Source of the DNA: Candidatus Thorarchaeota archaeon
GTDB taxonomy: Archaea; Asgardarchaeota; Thorarchaeia; Thorarchaeales; Thorarchaeaceae
Direction: 5' to 3'
DNA length: 64,000 nt
NCBI GenBank assembly: GCA_004524445.1
Contig: SDNP01000015.1
Span: forward strand, 1-64,000
The notes below the pieces were generated by a model. The model worked only from the letters and a program-made list of their open reading frames with translations. It made no database searches and was not told where the DNA came from. The position numbers were made by a program, and so were the translations under genes. Positions 28,716-37,470 of this stretch are shown here, piece after piece; position 1 is the stretch's first letter, and each line of letters begins with the position of its first letter.

Positions 28716-31700
28716 ATGAGAAAAGAGAATGTCTTGTTGCTAGCAATTCTATTGATTCTTCTGTCAGCTAGTGCCATGCAAACTAACACCGAGGAGATGT
28801 ATCCCGAAACATCTATCCAGTCTGGGGTTGAGAATACAGAAAAATTCCATAGCAATCCCAGATCAATATCATCTTACTCGGACACTAAGACAGGATATCT
28901 TGACCCCCTAACTGTGGAACGCTTTGGCTGGACGACGTCTGGAAGCATAAGTGCTAGAACCGATACAGATAGCAATTTGGTCTATAATCTGCCCCTAGAT
29001 GAGAGCCACAATTGGGTCGGAAGTAAAGTTGGGGTAAATATCGATAATCTTTCTCGTCACTATGCGGTAAATGGCACCTTTGAAGATGGCATTGTCGATA
29101 CAAATGTGAATCCTACAGGAGAAGTAGAAAGCTATCCATATGGTTGGATGCCCTCTTTTGTTAGCACAGATGAAAGGCAGACTCAAAGGTCCGCTTATGT
29201 TGGAAGCGGGAGAAAGTATGTCACTGCAGAGAACGAGGGAGACTACGGTACCCAGGGTCATCCAAAGGAATATTCACACTTCGCAGGGACAGCGATAATG
29301 TGGAATCAAAATATCACGCGTATACCATATACTGAGCAGTTCTATTTCTCATTTGATTATCAGTATTTCCGGGGGCCCTTAGAAGCTGCCGGTGGTGGTA
29401 ATGCCTCATTATTCTTAGCCATTAACGGTACCAGAGTCTGGAATATGAGTCTTGACACCATTAATGAGAGAGGAACCTGGTATTCCACACAAAAGATACC
29501 GATACAAATATCCGAACCAGGCGACATTTTTGTTTTTACAATTGGGCTGAGCATAGACAATACTATGTACCTTGACCCAGAAATTCACGGCGGGCTAGAA
29601 AACACTGCGTACATTACACTCTTCTTGGATGATGTCAAATTTATCGCGCAAGACCCGATAGGCCTAAATCAAGTGGATTTATCCATGACTGTGGATAATA
29701 CTACTGTTCATTTCGACACTCAATCTGATAGTGGGTATGCTGAGATTACAAATGCAGAATACTGGACAGCAGGACCTGTGACCACCGTTCTTGAGGCTAA
29801 CACAAGCATTGGATTTGTCTATGTGGCACGGCTGCTAAGCCATAATTTCGTTAATTCTAGTTGGACAACAAGCGAAGACCAAACTGGCATAGAATATGAA
29901 GTCGACTTTAATCAACCTCTCTACTTGGAACTCTATACATACCTTGGCTTTCTTGGTGATTATGAGAATTTGAGAATTCGAGCGACCCACCCTCATGATT
30001 GGGCGAATCCCACCATATACGATCCTTTCGGAGCCAATGTCACAGATTTATGTGTCCTTGGTGAGGACTACTTCCAAATCAGTAGCAGTCTAACATCTCG
30101 TTTAGGTTGGTGGAGAATAAATCTCGATGCGCCCAACTACCTGAACTCTAGCATTATTCAGGTTTATGACCAAGCAAACGAATTGTGGATTAATTTAACA
30201 CAGATTCGAAGTTCCAATCTAACAAGGGCGACCGTTAGTATTGGCACAACAAGTGATGTCGCCACCGATGCAAATCCCGTAAACATGACTTGGATTTCTC
30301 CTGAGGGGGCGACTTGGTTTTCCGAGTCTCTTTCAGGTGACTCCTCCGGAGAAGTAAATGGTAGTGGATTGATATTCGGCCCCGATAATACGACAGCAGG
30401 TGAATGGTATACCCTAATTGAATGGACCAATGGCACTCACGTTGCCCACGGGGGGTCAACCTTTGGAGTCTATCATCAAAGCGAGCTTGCAGCTCTTGAT
30501 GATATCATTGATACTGAGGCGGGCTTAACTGTGAGAGCTAGAGTCCAATTCCGCGACTCAGAGAACGGGGATTATCTCATAGGTTCGTCTGCAAATGTTA
30601 TTGCAAATTGGACAAGTGGCATCATCGAATTTCAGCCAAATGCAGTAAACAACTGGTGGGAATACGAACTTGATACATCAGGATTGACTGGAGGCAATTA
30701 TACTCTTGTTGTAAATGCGTCACTAGCTTACTTCGATAATTCTTCAACATCCCTAGTTCTACGTGTTATTCGGACTGATAACACGCTGACTTTGAAACAA
30801 GATGTGGCGGAACTAGACTTAGGCGAGCCTTTCGTAGCGATTCTGCATTATCAAGATTCACTTGATGTGGACATAGAAGGAGCTCAATTATCAGTAAGAT
30901 TCTCTGGACCGTCCGAGGGCATAAATTGGTCCTCTCCAGTCGACCAGGGTTCTGGAAACTATACGATTGATTTCAGCACGTTCCTCTCTGGAAGCTACAC
31001 AGTAACTATAACGGCTAAAGCAGATTTCTATGAGGCGGCTGAAGATGCTCTCTTCATTTATGTTGGCGAAATTGGAACTGAACTGACTATCATAAATGGA
31101 AGTACTGGTGCCATAGATTATGGAGAAGACTACAGAATTGTTGTGGAATACCAAAATATAACTGGTTATAGTTTGGATGGGGCAACAGTTTCGGTTGCTA
31201 GTATCTCACCAGAAACGGGATTAGAAGTCACAGAAATTAATGCACTGGGAGATGGATTCTATGAGATTCTTTTCTCCTCGTCTAAAGCTGATACATACAC
31301 ACTACTCATTGCAGCCAACCTAACCAATCACAAGACCCAGTTTAAGTCATTTACTTTGTTGGTGTCCGAAATCAGCACGGTGCTGACACTGGTGGCATCC
31401 GATGATGTCATAACTATCGATGAATCTTGCTTTATTGAATTAACTCTATTGAATAGCACGGGAGATGGCGTAGAAGGAGCCAGTGTGACAATTATTGATC
31501 CCCCAGATGGGCTGGTTATATCGGATACTACAGATTTGAGCGGAGGATCCTACTTCATTACAATATCATCAAATCAAACGGGAACCTATCAACTGGTATT
31601 CCGAGCATCACACATGAACCATATAGATTCAACTAGTTCACTCACTCTGTCCGTTGTACTTGTTCCCACGCGAATATATACGGGTAATCAGGAATTGGAC

Positions 31701-33365
31701 CCCGTAGTTGAATATGGTGATTCATGGACCTTAAGATTCTACTATGAAGGCCTAGATCGTAATGGACAGGCCTATGCTAATATCTCAGGAGCTGACATTT
31801 TGGTCGAAGTGATTTCTGGCTCAGAGAGTAGTATGGGCATGACAATAACCGAGTGCGAAGAGTGCTTCTATTTGGAAGTCTGGACAAAGGAAACGGGCAT
31901 TTGGGATATACGAGTTCTAGCAAATAGAACAGGATTCTTGGAGGCTGATGCTGATATTAAATTGACCGTCATCCAAACTCAAACAGCCATCAACTCCATT
32001 GACGACTTCGAATGCTATGTGCAGAACCCTGTCGCGTTCTTGGTGAATTACTCGTATGCGAGTAATGGTACAGTCGTCCCCGATGCGGAACCACGTGCAT
32101 CGGGCACAGGGTCTGGTTGGGTCACTATGCAAAAGCTAGCTTCGGGTCTCTACAATGTCACATTAATTGCAGAGGAAACAGGAAGCTACAGTATAGAATT
32201 GGTATTTTCGTCAGAAGGACATGAACCTCAATCTGTATCACTGGATTTCACTGCATCGCTTCGGCCACTGAGTATCGTAGTGGATACCATCATTTGGCGT
32301 CAAGGTACGAATCTAGTTCTTACAGTGACTACTACAGATTCAGAAGATGGTACAGCTATTTCAGATGCACATGTTGAGTATGTCCTGATTCAAGATGGGA
32401 GTGAGGTTTTATCCGGCACGCTAGATTACTCCGAAGCTGGAACATACAGCGCAACAATTCCGGTGAATTGGCGAGAAACAGACGACTTACAGGTAGAATT
32501 CACTGTGCGTAAGCAGTTCTATGAGTCAACTAGTACAACGGTGAATATAGTTACTCAGCCAGATATTGCTGCATTTCTGAGTGAAGCGGCAATGACGGTC
32601 ATTCCCATCGGTCTCGCGGCAGTGGTCGTTTTGAGTTTAGTGGCTGCTGCTTACAATAGATATCAGAAACGGCAGATGGAGCACCTTCAGGAAACCAGGA
32701 AGGTCAAGCGTAGGTTTGATGATGCTGCCAATCTACTGGGCATGATCGTTCTTCACAAGAGCAGTGGTTTGCCGGTTTATTCAAAAATTCTCAAGAGTGG
32801 TCTGGAGGAGGGCATGGTGTCAGCCTTCATAACGGCAATAACTCACTTTCGATCAGAATTCGAAATGAGTGAACATTCTGTGGAAGGGCGTGCAATTCCA
32901 ATATCTGATGTCATTAGGGCTGTACCGACCAAGAATCTGATTTGTGCATTCATCACGATTACTTCGCCATCTCGTGCTCAAGAAATTAGAATGGAGGCAT
33001 TCTCTGCCGCCATTGCAGAAGGCTATGATGAGCTCTTAGGGGAAACTCCCAAGGAGTATAGAGATCATGGAATAGCAAATGAAATGGACCAGCTGTTCGA
33101 AAAATTCATGGATGGTAGCCTCCTCAGAAAGTACACTCTGAGAGAAACAGCCGAAATTGGCGATAAGTACAAGCCCGTGGTCAATCACGCTCAAGAGCTG
33201 AATGGAGAGGAGTCGTTCAGCTTGTACCAGCTAGCACAGCTGGTGATGGATGACGGGATTCTTGAAGCGGAAGCCTACTACAGAATTCTTGATGTGGTGA
33301 ACGAGGGAGTTCTAGTACCCGAAAGCTCACCTAGAGAAGCCACCTATTTCAATGATGTTGACTAG
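28716..33365 (+). CDS. Large cell-surface glycoprotein with Ig-like repeats, one TM, and cytoplasmic longin-like and winged-helix-like domains
   Basis: Signal peptide; about 30 N-x-S/T sequons; ~95-100 aa beta-rich repeats (G..I.GA.V...G.G.Y.I.F...G.Y.h.h.A); TM VIPIGLAAVVVLSLVAAAY; cytoplasmic LGMIVLHKSSGLPVYSK...VSAFITAI. Confidence 0.8.
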   Translation: MRKENVLLLAILLILLSASAMQTNTEEMYPETSIQSGVENTEKFHSNPRSISSYSDTKTGYLDPLTVERFGWTTSGSISARTDTDSNLVYNLPLDESHNWVGSKVGVNIDNLSRHYAVNGTFEDGIVDTNVNPTGEVESYPYGWMPSFVSTDERQTQRSAYVGSGRKYVTAENEGDYGTQGHPKEYSHFAGTAIMWNQNITRIPYTEQFYFSFDYQYFRGPLEAAGGGNASLFLAINGTRVWNMSLDTINERGTWYSTQKIPIQISEPGDIFVFTIGLSIDNTMYLDPEIHGGLENTAYITLFLDDVKFIAQDPIGLNQVDLSMTVDNTTVHFDTQSDSGYAEITNAEYWTAGPVTTVLEANTSIGFVYVARLLSHNFVNSSWTTSEDQTGIEYEVDFNQPLYLELYTYLGFLGDYENLRIRATHPHDWANPTIYDPFGANVTDLCVLGEDYFQISSSLTSRLGWWRINLDAPNYLNSSIIQVYDQANELWINLTQIRSSNLTRATVSIGTTSDVATDANPVNMTWISPEGATWFSESLSGDSSGEVNGSGLIFGPDNTTAGEWYTLIEWTNGTHVAHGGSTFGVYHQSELAALDDIIDTEAGLTVRARVQFRDSENGDYLIGSSANVIANWTSGIIEFQPNAVNNWWEYELDTSGLTGGNYTLVVNASLAYFDNSSTSLVLRVIRTDNTLTLKQDVAELDLGEPFVAILHYQDSLDVDIEGAQLSVRFSGPSEGINWSSPVDQGSGNYTIDFSTFLSGSYTVTITAKADFYEAAEDALFIYVGEIGTELTIINGSTGAIDYGEDYRIVVEYQNITGYSLDGATVSVASISPETGLEVTEINALGDGFYEILFSSSKADTYTLLIAANLTNHKTQFKSFTLLVSEISTVLTLVASDDVITIDESCFIELTLLNSTGDGVEGASVTIIDPPDGLVISDTTDLSGGSYFITISSNQTGTYQLVFRASHMNHIDSTSSLTLSVVLVPTRIYTGNQELDPVVEYGDSWTLRFYYEGLDRNGQAYANISGADILVEVISGSESSMGMTITECEECFYLEVWTKETGIWDIRVLANRTGFLEADADIKLTVIQTQTAINSIDDFECYVQNPVAFLVNYSYASNGTVVPDAEPRASGTGSGWVTMQKLASGLYNVTLIAEETGSYSIELVFSSEGHEPQSVSLDFTASLRPLSIVVDTIIWRQGTNLVLTVTTTDSEDGTAISDAHVEYVLIQDGSEVLSGTLDYSEAGTYSATIPVNWRETDDLQVEFTVRKQFYESTSTTVNIVTQPDIAAFLSEAAMTVIPIGLAAVVVLSLVAAAYNRYQKRQMEHLQETRKVKRRFDDAANLLGMIVLHKSSGLPVYSKILKSGLEEGMVSAFITAITHFRSEFEMSEHSVEGRAIPISDVIRAVPTKNLICAFITITSPSRAQEIRMEAFSAAIAEGYDELLGETPKEYRDHGIANEMDQLFEKFMDGSLLRKYTLRETAEIGDKYKPVVNHAQELNGEESFSLYQLAQLVMDDGILEAEAYYRILDVVNEGVLVPESSPREATYFNDVD

Positions 33366-33600
33366 ATAGGATACTTGACAACACCCTCTGTCCCCTCCTG
33401 TTCTTGTGGAAAGCCAGTACGAAAGCCGTAAGGTACCCACAATGGCACTCTATTAGCCATTTTATCCACATATTTTGATGCATATCTAGGTATTATCCAG
33501 ATATCACGCCAATAGGCCGTGGATTTGACGTAACCTTTTATGCATTCCAGTAGAAGTAAGGGTGAGTTGTACCACGGAACACAAACATGGAGATGCGAAA

Positions 33601-33753
33601 ATGACCGACACTAAATCCAACAACCCTCGACCAAGTTCAACCCTTCAGAAGAATGCAGAAGTTCTCCACGTGCTTTACGGCCTGCTTGATAGTGATCGCG
33701 AACCAACAGACGCAGATGCCCAGAGCCTGCGTGTTCTCTACGCTAGCTCCTAA
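33601..33753 (+). CDS. Small hypothetical protein (50 aa)
   Basis: GGAG 8 nt upstream of ATG, TATA-like TTTTATG near 33536-33542, helical core LQKNAEVLHVLYGLLDSD, downstream hairpins. Confidence 0.6.
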   Translation: MTDTKSNNPRPSSTLQKNAEVLHVLYGLLDSDREPTDADAQSLRVLYASS

Positions 33754-33823
33754 TTTCATGCTCCTCATTTCATTATGAGGTCTTTTCGCGGCTCCGTGTG
33801 CACCTCCCGGCAACCGAACCGCA

Positions 33824-33847
33824 GTGGGGGCGTCTTTTTGCCCCCAC
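33824..33847. terminator. GC-rich hairpin between convergent genes
   Basis: GTGGGGGC-N8-GCCCCCAC perfect 8-bp stem. Confidence 0.55.
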
Positions 33848-33990
33848 AAATTCTCCTGATTTTGATTCTGGTTTCGTGTAAACCTCATATCTATTCCAAA
33901 AGCGTGGATGTGATTGATTAGAACACGTGGTCTAAATAACTAATCAACCGACCAGATTTTATACCGCAGGACACAATGCGAGCACAGGAG

Positions 33991-34767
33991 CTATTGTTCG
34001 AGTTTCTCTAACGCATCAAGAGCCGCGACCGCTTGATTTTGACCAGCTTGCGCGTATAGCTCACCTATGTAGTCTAGACTCCATCCCTCAATCAGGTCGA
34101 TATATGGTTGTAGCAGAACTCCGAGAGGAATAGACTTCTGATGCCCTAGACTGAACAAGGCCGCGGCCTCCCCATTTTCCATGGACAAACAGCCTCTACT
34201 CCTAAAATGCTCAATGTCGTGCTTTGATATCCTGTATACAGCCTCATGAGAAGCCACTCCGCCTGTTTTCCAAGATTGATCCAACTTCTTTAATGACTCT
34301 CTTAGTGCATTGATTGGAGAGAGAGGTGCGTCAATTTTCGAGCTATCTTTTCCATACCAGGATGACGTGCCATCGACACCGACTGCAAAGGAAGGTACAT
34401 GAATCTCTCCTGGTGCCAGATATTCAGCGCCCAAGCTCCAAGAAGCACACACAAGTAGAATCACCTTGGCGCCAAAATAAATCAACTCCTCGGCGAGAGC
34501 AGTAATTACCGACGCACCCATTTGAGGAATTATGACATGAATGGGCGAACGCTCATATTCTCCGAGAAAGACCTTCTTTGGCTTGCAATATGGCGAGTAT
34601 TTGGCTGCGCTCCATTCAGTTTCCTTGAGGCCGCAGATCTCCTTTAACTTTTGATACACGGGTTGATTGAAGGTAAGTATCACTCTAGATGAAACTCTGA
34701 GTTTCTCGGCTTCCTCACCGTGATTTCGTGCTTCTCGCTCGACATCCGATGGGTCAAGTACAAACAT
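33991..34767 (-). CDS. Purine/uridine nucleoside phosphorylase family protein
   Basis: MGASVITALAEELIYFGAKVIL, DGTSSWY, ASHEAVYR, GCLSMENGEAAALF. Confidence 0.8.
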   Translation of the reverse strand: MFVLDPSDVEREARNHGEEAEKLRVSSRVILTFNQPVYQKLKEICGLKETEWSAAKYSPYCKPKKVFLGEYERSPIHVIIPQMGASVITALAEELIYFGAKVILLVCASWSLGAEYLAPGEIHVPSFAVGVDGTSSWYGKDSSKIDAPLSPINALRESLKKLDQSWKTGGVASHEAVYRISKHDIEHFRSRGCLSMENGEAAALFSLGHQKSIPLGVLLQPYIDLIEGWSLDYIGELYAQAGQNQAVAALDALEKLEQ

Positions 34768-34946
34768 AGGTTTCAGCTCGAGTTACTGCTTGCATCAATT
34801 ACTGGAAACTGAGTTCTTTCTGAGATAATAAGACTCTTCAGCTCGTAGCAATGCTTTGCTCTTTCCAGTAGCAAACGCACACAACTAGAACCTCTCCTGC
34901 CAAAAGAACGCTGCATAAGCCAATAGCTGGACGGCTGCGTAAGGCT

Positions 34947-35408
34947 TCACCATGTCAAAATCTTGTCCCGATATCTATCAAAGCAATTGTCACAGACTCG
35001 TATCCAAAGATTCTCATCCGGATTTTCTAGCCGCTTGGACCTGATACCTCCATCTACAATATCGAGTTCGCATCCACATATATTACATGTGTAGTGAGCC
35101 ACAATTCTGAATTGGATGACCCTACTCGGGCACGTGTAAGTTCGCTCGTTTCGTTTTTCGCTGCCCAGCTCTCTCATGTCGCCAAGAACCCGTAGCGAAT
35201 GAAGAACTGGGTACATTCCCACAAACGCTTCAGAACACATACCCTTAGGAGTGTTCCATTCGAAGGCAAACTCTTGTCCGGCGTTATGCCCTGCCCTGCA
35301 GTTACCATCTTTGACAATTTCAATTGTAAAGCGAACAGGTTCGTTCCAGTGCTCACCAATTGAGATTGTGTCTTCGTCCCGTTTTGCTCCACTCATAGTC
35401 ATTTCCAC
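34947..35408 (-). CDS. TIGR04076-like protein with C-terminal zinc finger
   Basis: GNCRAGHNAGQEF, TPKGMCSEAF, TCP core; extra CNICG...VCDNC. Confidence 0.7.
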   Translation of the reverse strand: MEMTMSGAKRDEDTISIGEHWNEPVRFTIEIVKDGNCRAGHNAGQEFAFEWNTPKGMCSEAFVGMYPVLHSLRVLGDMRELGSEKRNERTYTCPSRVIQFRIVAHYTCNICGCELDIVDGGIRSKRLENPDENLWIRVCDNCFDRYRDKILTW

Positions 35409-35462
35409 CTTTGAACAGGATGAGGTATTCCCATAACCTGCTTGGGGACCAGATATCAGTAT

Positions 35463-36578
35463 TTAGACTCTGGTTGCGAATTCACGAACTAGTTCAATGT
35501 AGCTTTCAGCCGGGAAGTCCCAAGTCTTTGTTTCAGGATTGAAAATATCAAAGAAGGGTTCATGTTCCTCTTTGACAACTTCGTAGCCGAGTTGGAAAGC
35601 ATAGAAGGGTATCTCGTCCCGCATGATGTTGAAGCCCTTGACAAACTGATTCACATATTTGCCCGGCAAATAAACTCTCATTGATATGCGAGTCGGAGAT
35701 TCAACTGAGAATCCAAGAGCGAAGGGAAGCTGATAAAGGCTATAGATTATGGAAGAGGCTGTTTCACCAAGCCTCATAAAGACCCAAATCTCAGTCGGGT
35801 CATCACCAAGGTCATAGATGGGTCTATAGCCCTTTATTACCCCCTCTCGTTCCAGTTTCTTGATGCGTTTGTTCACTTGAGACTCTGAGAGATCGAAATT
35901 CGCTGCGATTTGCTTCATTGTTGCCTCAGGATTATGAATCAGCTCCTTGATGATCTGTACATCCTTGTAGTCGAAGTCTGAGAGGGCAGGACGCGAATCA
36001 ACCGAGACGGGATTTCTTCTATCGGATTTTAGACTACGTTGGATAATGCTGTACCATCTTTCCCAATCCCAAAGCCACCCCTCTTCAGAATCATAGTAAG
36101 AGAGATTGGGACGCTTTCGCTCATAGTCGACGATGTCGTATATCTCATAGGAAGATACAAGCCCACCTCTCACCATTTCATCAGCAATCTGCTTGTTCAT
36201 TTGGGGGGTGACAAGAGGATACATCGAGTGAACCAGGTATCCGTTATATTTGCCTACCGTGGGAGCGTAGTTCCAGTAGCACGGCATGGCTGTTACCAAT
36301 TCAGACAGTATATCGCTATTCTGAGGATTCTCCTCAAGAATCAATAGGTGCTCGCCAAGTCCAATCCTTCTTTCATGCGTCTGCACCCGAGGTGTCTTCA
36401 GAATACCAGCTTTTCTCATATTTTCTAGGCGGTAACGTACAGTTCTATCCGAGATCTCCTTTAATGATTCATCCCTGGCGAGTTCCTGCTGCAATTGACG
36501 TGCAGAGGTCTTTGCACCCAGTTTGTCCAAGAGCTCCAGGATTCGCTTATCTCGTTTGTCGATTGTATGGCTTGCCAT
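35463..36578 (-). CDS. Lrp/AsnC-like transcriptional regulator with two winged-HTH units
   Basis: IDKRDKRILELL...SDRTVRYRLENM and FDYKDVQIIKEL...LSESQVNKRIKKLEREGVIKGY. Start reassigned to MASHT. Confidence 0.85.
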   Translation of the reverse strand: MASHTIDKRDKRILELLDKLGAKTSARQLQQELARDESLKEISDRTVRYRLENMRKAGILKTPRVQTHERRIGLGEHLLILEENPQNSDILSELVTAMPCYWNYAPTVGKYNGYLVHSMYPLVTPQMNKQIADEMVRGGLVSSYEIYDIVDYERKRPNLSYYDSEEGWLWDWERWYSIIQRSLKSDRRNPVSVDSRPALSDFDYKDVQIIKELIHNPEATMKQIAANFDLSESQVNKRIKKLEREGVIKGYRPIYDLGDDPTEIWVFMRLGETASSIIYSLYQLPFALGFSVESPTRISMRVYLPGKYVNQFVKGFNIMRDEIPFYAFQLGYEVVKEEHEPFFDIFNPETKTWDFPAESYIELVREFATRV

Positions 36579-36675
36579 GAATTCACTTACACCCATTTGC
36601 TGCTGACTTGCTCGTTGTGCAGATGTATGAACTGCACTACTGTATATAGAGGGACCTATCGGCCTTGATTTGCTA

Positions 36676-36776
36676 TGTTGGCAATATTTATAAAATTTGT
36701 TGCCAATAATAGCATAGGATGAAATATTTGGCAATAAATGGTCTAATAATTGCCGTAATTATCGATTCTGTCAATA
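36676..36776. promoter_or_regulatory. Array of TTGSCAATA motifs around a TATA box between divergent regulators
   Basis: TTGGCAATA 36678-86, TTGCCAATA 36700-08, TTGGCAATA 36728-36, degenerate CTGTCAATA 36768-76. TTTATAAA lies between the first two. Confidence 0.55.
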
Positions 36777-36803
36777 GGAAAGGGTTCGCGAGGTGAATCA
36801 TAG

Positions 36804-37088
36804 GTGACGGAAATGACGCTTCCCAAAAGCGCGATTGTAGTACTGGATACTCTGGCTGAAGATGGGCCCCTTACAACTCGTGAAATTAGCGATAAGTCAG
36901 ACTTGGCTATGCGGACAGTAAACTTCGCTCTCAGAAAGCTAAGGAAATGCGACTTATGCAAGGGTTATCCGGACTTGATGGACACGCGTCTAAACTACTA
37001 TGTTGTCAATCCTGAAAAAATGAGGCTATATCAAATTGATCTTGATCGATGGAGAACCATGGGTCGAGTCTATCTCAAAATAGCATAG
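36804..37088 (+). CDS. Small winged-helix (MarR-like) transcriptional regulator
   Basis: LPKSAIVVLDTLAEDGPLTTREISDKSDLAMRTVNFALRKL...PDLMDTRLNYY. Confidence 0.82.
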   Translation: MTEMTLPKSAIVVLDTLAEDGPLTTREISDKSDLAMRTVNFALRKLRKCDLCKGYPDLMDTRLNYYVVNPEKMRLYQIDLDRWRTMGRVYLKIA

Positions 37089-37470
37089 GAATTAGTAAAG
37101 ATGGGGAAACGGGAGTGTGGCGTTTTTCAATGGCTGCTAGCCAGAGAATGTACATCAACTCGCTAACCAGTCGAATCGGTTCGTTCAGTTGTACGTGTTC
37201 ATCCTTCCATAGTTTCTATCGCCCGTTCTCCATCACCCCCTCCGCAATTCGTCATCACTGAGTCATAATAGCGTTAGAGTTATATTCTGATAAGCCAAAC
37301 GTGCCTCTAACATTCCAAGGCGGTTAAACAAGCTTCACGAAACAAACCTCAACACCAAGCAGACTAGTCAAATACCAGAAGAGATTCCGCCATCTCAGGT
37401 ACATATCAGATTTTACAGAGTCATTCTGCAGTGGTCAGTAGGCTAGTTTTCATCATGGAATGTCAGGAGC

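Noticed and set aside
34809-34860. CTGAGA within a stem, resembling a TPP riboswitch
   Set aside because: Wrong strand for the adjacent gene, and the CCUGAU and GNAGG elements are missing.
34773-34949. Frame stays open for about 57 codons past the TGA of the TIGR04076-like gene, over a structured region (possible selenocysteine read-through)
   Set aside because: The extension is not protein-like, the TGA is not at a Cys-type motif position, and I found no AUGA/GA or GAA/A SECIS pattern.
37090-37470. 380-bp gap with a minus-strand GTGATGA and a later CTGA (possible C/D sRNA), plus the 70-aa ORF 37049-37261
   Set aside because: Box spacing and internal D'/C' boxes do not fit archaeal C/D guides; the ORF overlaps the regulator gene and has atypical composition.
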